A DNA stretch of 64,000 nt from an uncultured Acidimicrobiales bacterium (GTDB lineage: Bacteria > Actinomycetota > Acidimicrobiia > Acidimicrobiales > SHLQ01): the NCBI GenBank assembly GCA_964451305.1, contig CAYVHV010000006.1, forward strand, positions 10,820-74,819, given 5' to 3'. A program made the position numbers and the translations under genes. Positions 46,709-55,272 of this stretch are shown here, piece by piece (position 1 is the stretch's first letter; the number at the start of each line of letters is the position of its first letter). Under the pieces are notes generated by a model. The model worked only from the letters and a program-made list of their open reading frames with translations. It made no database searches and was not told where the DNA came from.

Positions 46709-47914
46709 ATGGTCAGCTTCACGCCGTTTCGAGGCTCGGTCATCAAGTCGGATTTCACTCGACGCGTTCCAGCTCCCGCGTTCGATTCGATGTCGCGATC
46801 GCAACGTTCCGAATATCTCGCGACGCACCCTGAGAGCTACACGCTCGTCACCCGTTCGCCGAGCGATGGTGGGCCGGAAGACCAGGCAGACCTCGCCCGG
46901 CTCATCGAACTCGGCGGCCAGGCTCTCCAGCGAATTCGTGATGCAGGCGCGTTCCATGAGATGTCCGGGCCGAGTTTCTTTCTCTACCGGTTGAAGTTGG
47001 GAGATCTCATCCAGACCGGAATTGTTGGACTCGTCGACACCCAGGACTACCTCGAGGGGCGAGTGAAGCGTCACGAACGAGTGAGGGCGAACCGGGCAGC
47101 GCATCTGTCGCACCACTTTGAAACGCTCGGTGTCCAATCATCGCCGATTGCGGTGAGTTACCGGTCCGATCCAATCATTCGGCAACGGCTCGACGACGTG
47201 CTCGATCGCACCGATCCGATCGTCTCGTTCATATCGGGCGATGGGCTCGATCAGACGGTGTGGGCAATCACCGACCAAGACGATCTCGACTATCTGTCGA
47301 CGGCGTTCGAGCCGCACGATTTCTACATCATGGACGGTCATCACCGAGCTGCAGCAGCGGGACAGCTTCTCGAACGCATCGGCCCGGAGCGAGCGAGCAA
47401 GATGCTTGGTGTTGCCTTCGCCGATGACCGGGTCAACATCGAACCGTTCCATCGCCGCATAATGCTCAACGATGATGTCGACATCGATATGTTCTCCTCA
47501 TCGCTGCGCGATTTGTTGCGCCTTGTCCCCGATGCCCGGATGGAACACGAGCTACCCGACGAGGGTCAGATCGGGGTTCACCTCGATGGGCAATGGTGGC
47601 GTGGCGAGATGCCTGAGACGTCGAGCGATTCGCCAATCGATGCGCTTGGACCGGTTCGGTTGCAGAAGCAGGTGATCGGTCCAGTCTTTGGGCTCGACCC
47701 CGAACAAAGTGCGGGCCAGATCCGCTACTTCCTCGATACTGCCAACCGCGGCGAATTGGCACAGCGCATCGACCGACGCAACGTGCTCTTCGTTCTTCGC
47801 CCGATCACCGCAGCTGAGGTGTTCGCCGTTGCTGACGCTGGGCTCGATATGCCGCCCAAGAGCACCTATGTGACACCGAAGCCACGATCGGGAGTCTTCC
47901 TCCGCGAGTTCTAA
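46709..47914 (+). CDS. DUF1015-family protein
   Basis: FTPFRGSVIK...VPAPAFD, HERVRANR and FYIMDGHHRAAAA motifs. Confidence 0.8.
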   Translation: MVSFTPFRGSVIKSDFTRRVPAPAFDSMSRSQRSEYLATHPESYTLVTRSPSDGGPEDQADLARLIELGGQALQRIRDAGAFHEMSGPSFFLYRLKLGDLIQTGIVGLVDTQDYLEGRVKRHERVRANRAAHLSHHFETLGVQSSPIAVSYRSDPIIRQRLDDVLDRTDPIVSFISGDGLDQTVWAITDQDDLDYLSTAFEPHDFYIMDGHHRAAAAGQLLERIGPERASKMLGVAFADDRVNIEPFHRRIMLNDDVDIDMFSSSLRDLLRLVPDARMEHELPDEGQIGVHLDGQWWRGEMPETSSDSPIDALGPVRLQKQVIGPVFGLDPEQSAGQIRYFLDTANRGELAQRIDRRNVLFVLRPITAAEVFAVADAGLDMPPKSTYVTPKPRSGVFLREF

Positions 47915-49665
47915 GGCGCTTTTGTTCGAACCTGGATTACATCCCAGCCGCGGACCGAGTTGATCGTGAAGACCTTGTCTGCGCTGTACAAATCATCGAG
48001 GGTGAGAAGTCGCTCGGTTATCTGACCACGATCGAGTAACTCTTGGCGCAGCGTGCCGGGCAGCAGGCCACTGTCGTTATGTGGCGTGAGCAATTCACCA
48101 CCGATTTCAAGTACGAGGTTGGCAATGCAGGTCTCAGTGAGCTCGCCTCGACGGTTCCACAAAATCACATCAGGAGCATCAGGAAAGCGGTCGAGTGCCT
48201 CCTCGTAGCGGTTTCGCGTGGTGGTTTTGAAAACGAGGAACTCGTTGTATGGGTCGGTGGGTTCGGTGTCGATCGGCAGCGTTCTAACCGTTCCGGTTTC
48301 GGGTGGGAGTGAACCCACGTCGAGTGTTGGAACGCCTGCAGCATCGACGAGCAGGCGAAGTCTTACCGGGGTGTCGGACCGGACCGTGTTGAGTAGTTCC
48401 ATGACCCGGTCCATGTCGACGTCGATTCCAAAGTGATCGCCCGCCGAGAGCAACCGGTTGATGTGCTGCTGTCGCAGTGACACCCCGCCTTCGGGTGTCC
48501 ACGCCATCGTCTCGAGTAACTGCAGTGGCTTGCCGGCGCGGGTAAGCACTCGCGACTTGTGTTCGGTCTCTTCCCACTCATTCGCTGGCTCGGAGTCCCA
48601 CACGATCCCTCCGCCAACCCCATAGGTTCCGGTGCCAGCTTCGAGGTCGAGCCAGACACTTCTGATGATGACGTTGAACTCCCAGCGCCCGTCGGGCGAG
48701 AGCGCAAATGCCGATCCGCAGTAGGCGCCACGAGGGGACTGTTCAAGGTCTGCGATGATCTGTGTGGTTCGGTACTTTGGAGCACCGGTGATCGACGCGA
48801 CGGGGTAGAGGGCGGTCATTGCCTCGGCGAGGCTGGCGTTCGACGTGGCTTCGACGGTCGAAGTCATCGCGTGCACGGTCGGGTAGTGCTCGACGTGGAG
48901 CAGGTTTGGGACGTACACGCTTCCGACGTCTGCGATGCGTCCGAGGTCGTTGCGGACCATATCGACGATCATGACGTTCTCGGCACGGTCCTTCAGGCTC
49001 GAGGTGAGGTCGTCCACCATCTCTGCGTCGCGGACGGGATCAAAGTGTCGAGGGCGAGTGCCCTTCATTGGCCGAGACGAGAACACCGGACCGTCGGGCC
49101 CGATATGGCGGGTGAAGAACAGTTCCGGAGATGCGCTACACAAGGCGTGCGTGCCGAAGTGCAAGAAGGCGTCGTGCTTTGCGTTCTGAGCTCGGACGAG
49201 TGAGGCAAAGAGCCCCTCGGCGCTTCCCCAGAAGGTCGAGTGCCGGCGAACCGTGTAGTTGACCTGGTAGGTGTCACCGGCAGCGATCAGTTCGCGAACG
49301 TCGTCGATCGCAGCGCTGTAGGTCGCTTCGCTTTGGTCGGGGAGCCAGTCGCCCACCTCAAAGGGTGCGTCGATGGGGCCACTGGAGGCTTCGGCAGCAC
49401 TGAAGATTCCGAAGGCGAGCAAGGGAGTGTCGTCGTCGCGTTGGCTGTGAACTGCTTCGTCGAACGCAGGGCCTGCGTCGTAGCTGAGCATTCCGACGAC
49501 CCACTTGCCAGCAGCGGTTGCTGCCTCAGCCCGTTCGAGTGATGGGATGACCTCGTCGATGTCCCACGCAGTTACCTTTTCCTCGGGGTCGGTAAAGCGA
49601 AGCCATTCGCGTTCGGTCCCAAAGCGCAACAACCCACTCGTGAGCTGTGTGCCAGCGCGTCCCAT
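47911..49665 (-). CDS. pabB: fused aminodeoxychorismate synthase component I and aminodeoxychorismate lyase (PabB-PabC)
   Basis: Chorismate-binding core (SITGAPKYRTTQIIADLEQSPRGAYCGSAF) followed by a ~200-aa class IV aminotransferase-like C-terminal domain (FKTTTRNRYEE...NLVLEIGGELLTP). Confidence 0.85.
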   Translation of the reverse strand: MGRAGTQLTSGLLRFGTEREWLRFTDPEEKVTAWDIDEVIPSLERAEAATAAGKWVVGMLSYDAGPAFDEAVHSQRDDDTPLLAFGIFSAAEASSGPIDAPFEVGDWLPDQSEATYSAAIDDVRELIAAGDTYQVNYTVRRHSTFWGSAEGLFASLVRAQNAKHDAFLHFGTHALCSASPELFFTRHIGPDGPVFSSRPMKGTRPRHFDPVRDAEMVDDLTSSLKDRAENVMIVDMVRNDLGRIADVGSVYVPNLLHVEHYPTVHAMTSTVEATSNASLAEAMTALYPVASITGAPKYRTTQIIADLEQSPRGAYCGSAFALSPDGRWEFNVIIRSVWLDLEAGTGTYGVGGGIVWDSEPANEWEETEHKSRVLTRAGKPLQLLETMAWTPEGGVSLRQQHINRLLSAGDHFGIDVDMDRVMELLNTVRSDTPVRLRLLVDAAGVPTLDVGSLPPETGTVRTLPIDTEPTDPYNEFLVFKTTTRNRYEEALDRFPDAPDVILWNRRGELTETCIANLVLEIGGELLTPHNDSGLLPGTLRQELLDRGQITERLLTLDDLYSADKVFTINSVRGWDVIQVRTKAP

Positions 49666-49693
49666 ATGGTCTCAGGCTAGTTACTTCGACGGG

Positions 49694-50650
49694 CTACCTG
49701 CGGTTTGAGAGTGCGTTGCTCTGACGGTAGTGAGAAACGTGGGCGTCGAGACCATCGGTCAGACGAACGGTTGGCTCCCAGTCCAGATCGTTGCGGGCAG
49801 CGGTCGTGTCGCCGCCAGTTCGGTCGACATCGCCCAGCGCGCGGGTTCGCACAGAGCGCTCTACCGCCTTGCCCGTGGCAGATTCGACAGCTGAGATCAT
49901 CTGGTTGACCGAAACCGAAGACCCGCCAGCGATGTTGTAGACGCTGCCGGGCGGGACGTCTGCGGTTGTAGCAGCGATGTTGGCGCGTGCGACATCGTCG
50001 ACGAAGGTGAAGTCTCGTACTTGATCGCCGCTGCCGAAGATTGAAATCGGCGTTCCGGTTTCGGCAGCCTCGATGAGGCGGTGGGTGAGCATGTCTGGCC
50101 GCTGGCGCGGTCCGTACACGGTGAAGTACCGGAGACTCACGGTCGAGAGGTCATGTTCGGCGGCGAATGTTCTGCAGAGGTGCTCTCCAGCCAGTTTCGT
50201 AACGGCGTACGGGCTCGTTGGCGCTGGAGTCTGTTCCTCGCTCGTTGGGTACTGAGTAGCGTTGCCGTACACCGACGATGATGATGCGTACACAACGCGG
50301 CGCACGCCGAATCGCAAACAGAGGTCAAGTACGTGTTTTGTCGCCTCGATGTTTGCACGAGCGTACGTCGTGAAATCGAGCCAGGACTTGCGGACTCCTG
50401 GCTGTGCAGCGAGGTGAAGGACGCTATCCACGCCATCGAACAACTCTTCGAAACCTCCGGTCGTCAGGTCGGCTTGAGAAAAGGTGAAGTTCGAAAACCG
50501 CTGCAAGGAAGAAAGGTTGGCAGCCTTAACCTCGAGGTCGTAATAGTCGGTCAGCGAGTCGATACCGCAGACCTCATGGCCGTCCGATAGCAGCCGGAGC
50601 GCAGTCGTCGTTCCAATGAACCCAGCGGTTCCGGTGATGATGTACTTCAT
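49694..50650 (-). CDS. NAD-dependent nucleotide-sugar epimerase/dehydratase (extended SDR)
   Basis: MKYIITGTAGFIGTTTA (GxxGxxG) and the YAVTK catalytic YxxxK. Start set at MKYII with GGAGG upstream. Confidence 0.9.
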   Translation of the reverse strand: MKYIITGTAGFIGTTTALRLLSDGHEVCGIDSLTDYYDLEVKAANLSSLQRFSNFTFSQADLTTGGFEELFDGVDSVLHLAAQPGVRKSWLDFTTYARANIEATKHVLDLCLRFGVRRVVYASSSSVYGNATQYPTSEEQTPAPTSPYAVTKLAGEHLCRTFAAEHDLSTVSLRYFTVYGPRQRPDMLTHRLIEAAETGTPISIFGSGDQVRDFTFVDDVARANIAATTADVPPGSVYNIAGGSSVSVNQMISAVESATGKAVERSVRTRALGDVDRTGGDTTAARNDLDWEPTVRLTDGLDAHVSHYRQSNALSNRR

Positions 50651-50752
50651 GATTTCCTCGATCGGAGGGGTTGAGCTGTTCGGTGTTGGTCCAGCTATGT
50701 GACCAGTGTCATGCATGCGAGAGGCTTAAGGGTTTGCATGTTTGTCTTCGTA

Positions 50753-50770
50753 TGATAAGTATGCTTATCA
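50753..50770. promoter_or_regulatory. candidate operator palindrome TGATAAG-N4-CTTATCA
   Basis: Perfect 7-bp inverted repeat in an AT-richer divergent promoter region, 36 nt upstream of the lipoprotein ATG. Confidence 0.3.
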
Positions 50771-50805
50771 ACAGAGATCAAGCCGAACGGCGAGGGAGCA
50801 AATAC

Positions 50806-52005
50806 ATGGCCGGTTTTACGGCAAAGAATCGACTCGTGAGAGCGATTGCAATTACTGGAGCGTTGGCCGTTGGAGCTGCTGCTTGCGGTACTGACGACGG
50901 AGCATCGGTGACCAACCTGGCCGAAGGTGATGGCTCGGTTAGCGCAAGTTCTGGCTCTGGCTCTGGTTCTGGTTCTGGCTCTGGCTCTGGTTCGAGTAGC
51001 GCAAGCGCTTCGGCGAGCGGCCCGTCCGAAGACGATGGTGGAGCCGTAACGGTCGGCGACGGTGGCTACGAGTATGTTTCCGATGTGGACAGCCATCGTC
51101 TTGTCGTTGCAGACATCTGCGAGGTGAGCGATGCGCTTCCATCAGATGCAGAAATTGACTTCGACGCGGTTGCGGCGATCTATCGAGACGGAGGCAACTC
51201 GGTCAATAGCGATGGCTCGATTCGAACAGTCGCCGGATTTGCGTCTCGCGAAGACCGCAACCCCGAGCTTCAGGAGTTCTTCGGTACTTCGACGCCACTC
51301 GATGATTTCGTGACCTCAGCACTCGGGGGCACCGGCGATTTCGAAGGCGAACCTGACCTCGTCCGTCGGCAGGGAGTCCAAAAGGGAATCCAGAACGCCA
51401 CGATGGTGGCGTGGACAATCCACGAGTTCAACACCGCCCTCAGTAAAGCGTCTGAGGGCGACCTCGAACCAGCGGGCGGAGCGCCCCACAACTGGGACGA
51501 AGCATGGGCGTTTTATCACGGTGCTGAGCCGGGATGCTCACCCTTCGCAACTGCGAACTCGCAGGCCGGAAACTTCGGCACCGAGGGTGCCGACGGTGAG
51601 ACGGCCCAAGCGAACGAGATCATCCTTCAAGCAATGATCGAAGGCCGCGACGCGCTGCTCGCAGAGGATGTTGCGGGCGCAGAGGCCGCCGTGGCCGACA
51701 CTGTTCGCGGGCTTGCAATCACCTACAGCCAAGCGTCGCTTCGATACGCCCAACTTGTCGAGAACGATCTCGGCGAGGGTGATGCCGAGACCGCCCGAAT
51801 CCATCAAGCGGAGGGTCTTGCGTTTAGTCGGGTGCTCGCTCCCCAACTTGCCGACGCTGGCGCCGATATGGATACCGTTCTGGCCACCTTCGCTCTAGAA
51901 AACGAACCCGCCGAAGGTTGGTACGCAACGATCGAAGAAGCACTCGCTCCTGCGTGGGACACGCTCGGCATCGATCGCGACGCCGATATTGGTGAGCTCA
52001 GCTAG
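50806..52005 (+). CDS. secreted lipoprotein of unknown function with a (GS)n linker
   Basis: Lipobox ALAVGAAAC, the linker SGSGSGSGSGSGSGSS, then a helical acidic domain (HNWDEAWAFYHG). Start set at MAGFTAK. Confidence 0.65.
   Translation: MAGFTAKNRLVRAIAITGALAVGAAACGTDDGASVTNLAEGDGSVSASSGSGSGSGSGSGSGSSSASASASGPSEDDGGAVTVGDGGYEYVSDVDSHRLVVADICEVSDALPSDAEIDFDAVAAIYRDGGNSVNSDGSIRTVAGFASREDRNPELQEFFGTSTPLDDFVTSALGGTGDFEGEPDLVRRQGVQKGIQNATMVAWTIHEFNTALSKASEGDLEPAGGAPHNWDEAWAFYHGAEPGCSPFATANSQAGNFGTEGADGETAQANEIILQAMIEGRDALLAEDVAGAEAAVADTVRGLAITYSQASLRYAQLVENDLGEGDAETARIHQAEGLAFSRVLAPQLADAGADMDTVLATFALENEPAEGWYATIEEALAPAWDTLGIDRDADIGELS
50947..50999 (+). repeat. hexanucleotide microsatellite (GGYTCT)n encoding the Gly-Ser linker
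   Basis: agttctggctctggctctggttctggttctggctctggctctggttcgagt, read directly from the sequence. Confidence 0.9.
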
Positions 52006-52047
52006 GTCTACCGAACAACCACGAACGAAAGCTTCGTTCGTCGCATG

Positions 52048-52082
52048 GACCTCCGGCCAAGGCTCCCTCTTGGCCGGAGGTC
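52048..52082 (+). terminator. strong hairpin after the lipoprotein gene (14-bp perfect stem), preceded by a 9-bp hairpin at 52021-52041
   Basis: gacctccggccaag-gctccct-cttggccggaggtc. No clear U-tract follows. Confidence 0.5.
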
Positions 52083-52101
52083 TCGCTATGTTTGACCCTC
52101 C

Positions 52102-53523
52102 ATGGTGTCTCCGCAATTGAAACCATCGGTCCTCGTGATCGGCGCTGGTCCTACGGGCCTGACAGCCGGATGGAAGCTCGCAGAGCGAGGCCACTGCGTC
52201 ACCGTGGCCGAACGTGCCCCCGTCGTGGGTGGCATGTCGGCGAGTTTCACTGTGGCAGGACAACGAGTCGACTTCGGCTCGCATCGCCTGCACGGCAAAG
52301 CTGATCCAGCACTGCTTCGCGAGCTCAAGGCATTGATGGGTGACGGCCTGCAAGCTCGTCAACGAAATGGACGCATCCGCCTCGAGGGTGAGTGGGTTGG
52401 GTTCCCGCTTCGCGCCGGTGCCCTCATTGCGCACCTTCCTCGCCGGTTCGCTATCGGCGCAGCGTTCGATTCGCTCACATCGTCTCTCCGTCGTCCAGCA
52501 GCGGACGACTTTGGAAGCATCGTGCGCGCTGGGCTCGGGCCGACGGTGTTCGACGCGTTCTATGGTCCATATGCGAAGAAGCTGTGGGGGGTTGACGCCC
52601 GTGAACTCGATGGGTCGATGGCCCAGCGCCGGGTGTCTGCCGGCGGGCCAATCGACATTGCCAAGCGCCTCCTCGCAGCGAGAAATGAAGAAGGCCGAAT
52701 CTTCTACTACCCGCGAAATGGATACGGCCAAATCTGTGAGGCCCTCGCTGAGGCGGCAACCAACGCCGAAGCGGAAGTACGTCTGGCAACGAAAGTGACC
52801 TCGCTGTCGTTCGAGGGAGATCGAGCTCAGGCCACGCTCGTCAGCACGTCGGCTGCTGACGAGGAAGAAGCCGAGTTACTCGAGGCTGACGTTGTCGTGT
52901 CGACGATTCCCGCTACTCGACTCGTCGACATCACGACGCCTGCACCCGCAGAAGACGTTCGGTCTTCGGCGGCGAGCCTCGAAAGCCGCGGCATGGTGTT
53001 TGTCTACCTCGTCGTACCGAGGGCGCAGTACACGCCCTATGACGCGCATTACTTTCCGAGCCTCGACACTGCAATCGCTCGGTTGTCAGAGCCAAAGAAC
53101 TACCGCACGGGAACCGATCCCGAAGATCTCACCGTGCTGTGCGCTGAGCTTGCGTGCAGTGTTGGTGACGAGGTTTGGTCGATGGACGACGAGGCCCTCG
53201 GCGACCTCGTTGCCCGTGAGTTACAGCAATTGGGTTTGCCAGCGCCGGCACACGTTGAAACTCTCGTCCGGCGGTTGGGATCGGTCTATCCGGTCTACCG
53301 GCACGGCTTCCAATCCCATCTCGACGCCATCGAGTTCTGGGCGCAAACCCAGCCCGGCTTGATCACTGCTGGCCGCCAGGGGTTATTCGTCCCCGACAAC
53401 TTGCACCACACTATCGCCATGGGCCGGGCTGTTTCGCAGGTGATCGACGATGACGGCACGATCGACCGGGTGGCGTGGACGAGGGCTCGCAACGAGTTTC
53501 GGTCTCATGTCGTTGAGGATTGA
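52102..53523 (+). CDS. NAD(P)/FAD-dependent oxidoreductase (amine-oxidase / protoporphyrinogen-oxidase-like fold)
   Basis: SVLVIGAGPTGLTAGWKLAERGHCVTVAERAPVVGGM dinucleotide-binding motif. Confidence 0.8.
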   Translation: MVSPQLKPSVLVIGAGPTGLTAGWKLAERGHCVTVAERAPVVGGMSASFTVAGQRVDFGSHRLHGKADPALLRELKALMGDGLQARQRNGRIRLEGEWVGFPLRAGALIAHLPRRFAIGAAFDSLTSSLRRPAADDFGSIVRAGLGPTVFDAFYGPYAKKLWGVDARELDGSMAQRRVSAGGPIDIAKRLLAARNEEGRIFYYPRNGYGQICEALAEAATNAEAEVRLATKVTSLSFEGDRAQATLVSTSAADEEEAELLEADVVVSTIPATRLVDITTPAPAEDVRSSAASLESRGMVFVYLVVPRAQYTPYDAHYFPSLDTAIARLSEPKNYRTGTDPEDLTVLCAELACSVGDEVWSMDDEALGDLVARELQQLGLPAPAHVETLVRRLGSVYPVYRHGFQSHLDAIEFWAQTQPGLITAGRQGLFVPDNLHHTIAMGRAVSQVIDDDGTIDRVAWTRARNEFRSHVVED

Positions 53524-53545
53524 TCAGACCCTCCGGTAGAGCGAG

Positions 53546-55189
53546 TTAGGCCGTGTTGATCTCGCGGTAGATCGCAGGCATGACACGTCGGAGATAGGGG
53601 CCGAGCTTGATGAAACTGTCGCCGGTCGAGCGGAAGCGGTACGTGATGCCGACCTCTTTGTATCGATAGCCTTTGGCGATGAGGTCGAGGGTGATGACCT
53701 GAGCGTAGTTGAAATCGTGGATGACCTCTGCGTCCTTCGCTGCGGCGGGGGAGAAGGCTCGGTAACCGGTCTGGCCATCGGTCACCGGAGTGCGGGTAAG
53801 AAAGGCGACCATCTTAGTAAGCACAATATTGCCGAATCGGCGATGTGGTCGCATGTGTTCGATGGTGCCCATGAATCGACTTCCGCCGACGTAATCGGCT
53901 TCGCCGTCAAGGATTGGCTTCGCGAGGTTGGCAAGCTCTTCCGGCGGGTATTCCTCGTCGGCGTCACAGAACGAAACGACGACGGGATCGTGGGTGAGTG
54001 CGTGTGAGAGTCCGTATCGGACACCGGCACCGAGGCCCTGGTTTGTTTCGAACGAGACGACTTCGGCGCCTTCTTTGCGAGCGATCTCGGCAGTGCGGTC
54101 CGAGGACCCATCGTCGATAATCAGCGTGTGGACCGGGTGGCCGAGCACTTCTTCTGGGACGCGTCGGATGCATTGTCCGACCGAGTCCTCTTCGTTGTGT
54201 GCTGGCATGAACAAGACGATTGGGCGAGGGGTTTCGCCGTTGAGTTCAGGGGCGTTCGTGATTGGGGGGAGCGGACGTTCTGGCTGAAGGCGGAACCGCC
54301 CGACAAAGCTCGGCGCAGGAACGAAGAGGGCGATACCGCCCGCTACGAGGGAGTAGATCGTCTTGAGTCCGTGGGCCGAAATTGCGGCAACGAGAGCAGC
54401 CCTCGGGTCATGGTCGAGAAGCCCGTATGCCGCCACCGATGCCGCCTCGTAGGTGCCGATCCCGCCAGGTGCAATCGCTGCGATCTGGGCAGCGACGGCA
54501 ACCGTTGTGATGACGACCGCGTCGGTTGCCGACAGCTCGATGCCGGCCCATTTCGCGCTGTGCCACACCAGTACGGCTTCAAAGAGCCACGCTGAAGCGG
54601 TCAGCGCGAAGGCGACCGGTCCAGGGAACTTGACCGAAGAATTCACTCGTGCGGTTTTTGCGAGCCACACTCCACCGATCACCGCAGCGGCGGTGATCGC
54701 GAAGCCGAGGACCAGAATCCATCCGCCGACGAGTCGTGACATTGCCGAGGGGGCGATAAGCCAAGCCAAACCAACGACCGTGGCGATATCGGCGCTTCGG
54801 AGGACGAGTGATGACGACGCTGCGGCGTCGAGCGAAACCGAGGCTCGGCGTACGACGCTTGCGACGCGAAACGGTTCGCCGAGTCGGAAGGGGAGGACGT
54901 GATTGGCCCCGAGCGAGAGGTGAATGCCAGCAAGAGCTTGCGAGAGTGACAGTTTTGGCAGCACGCGAGCCCAAGCGATCGCTCGAAGCAGAAAGGCGAA
55001 GGCGAAGGCGGCAACAGCGATCGTGAGCCCGACCGGATCTGCGCCCATTGCCGAGAGGGCTTGCCCGAGCATCGACGTATCGAGCGTGAAGGCAAAGACG
55101 GCGAGTGAAATAACGAGTGCAAGAAGGCCGAGGATTGCGAGTGTGCGATTCGGCCAATTCGGTTTGGTACGACTCTTCAAAAGTTCCAT
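53546..55189 (-). CDS. fusion of a flippase-like (lysyl-PG synthase TM region / UPF0104) domain and a family-2 glycosyltransferase
   Basis: N-terminal ~300 aa with 8 or more TM helices. C-terminal GT2 domain (IVLFMPAHNEEDSVGQCI, LIIDDGSSDRT, SFCDADEEY). Confidence 0.8.
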   Translation of the reverse strand: MELLKSRTKPNWPNRTLAILGLLALVISLAVFAFTLDTSMLGQALSAMGADPVGLTIAVAAFAFAFLLRAIAWARVLPKLSLSQALAGIHLSLGANHVLPFRLGEPFRVASVVRRASVSLDAAASSSLVLRSADIATVVGLAWLIAPSAMSRLVGGWILVLGFAITAAAVIGGVWLAKTARVNSSVKFPGPVAFALTASAWLFEAVLVWHSAKWAGIELSATDAVVITTVAVAAQIAAIAPGGIGTYEAASVAAYGLLDHDPRAALVAAISAHGLKTIYSLVAGGIALFVPAPSFVGRFRLQPERPLPPITNAPELNGETPRPIVLFMPAHNEEDSVGQCIRRVPEEVLGHPVHTLIIDDGSSDRTAEIARKEGAEVVSFETNQGLGAGVRYGLSHALTHDPVVVSFCDADEEYPPEELANLAKPILDGEADYVGGSRFMGTIEHMRPHRRFGNIVLTKMVAFLTRTPVTDGQTGYRAFSPAAAKDAEVIHDFNYAQVITLDLIAKGYRYKEVGITYRFRSTGDSFIKLGPYLRRVMPAIYREINTA

Positions 55190-55224
55190 CGCTTGTGACT
55201 CTAGTCCTAAAACGCCTTAAATCG

Positions 55225-55243
55225 TTAGGTGAGCTTTACGTTC
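55225..55243. promoter_or_regulatory. candidate iron-box-like motif TTAGGTGAGCTTTACGTTC upstream of the Fe(III) transporter
   Basis: 12/19 match by eye to the IdeR/DtxR consensus TTAGGTTAGGCTAACCTAA, but with poor dyad symmetry. 14/19 identical to the motif at 59881-59899. Confidence 0.25.
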
Positions 55244-55272
55244 TGCGAGTGTCATCCGTTACGCTGGATGAT

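Noticed and set aside
55207-55230. CCTAA-N14-TTAGG inverted repeat upstream of the Fe(III) binding-protein gene as a canonical IdeR box.
   Set aside because: Its orientation and spacing are the reverse of the TTAGG...CCTAA arrangement of IdeR/DtxR operators, and only 5-bp arms are involved.
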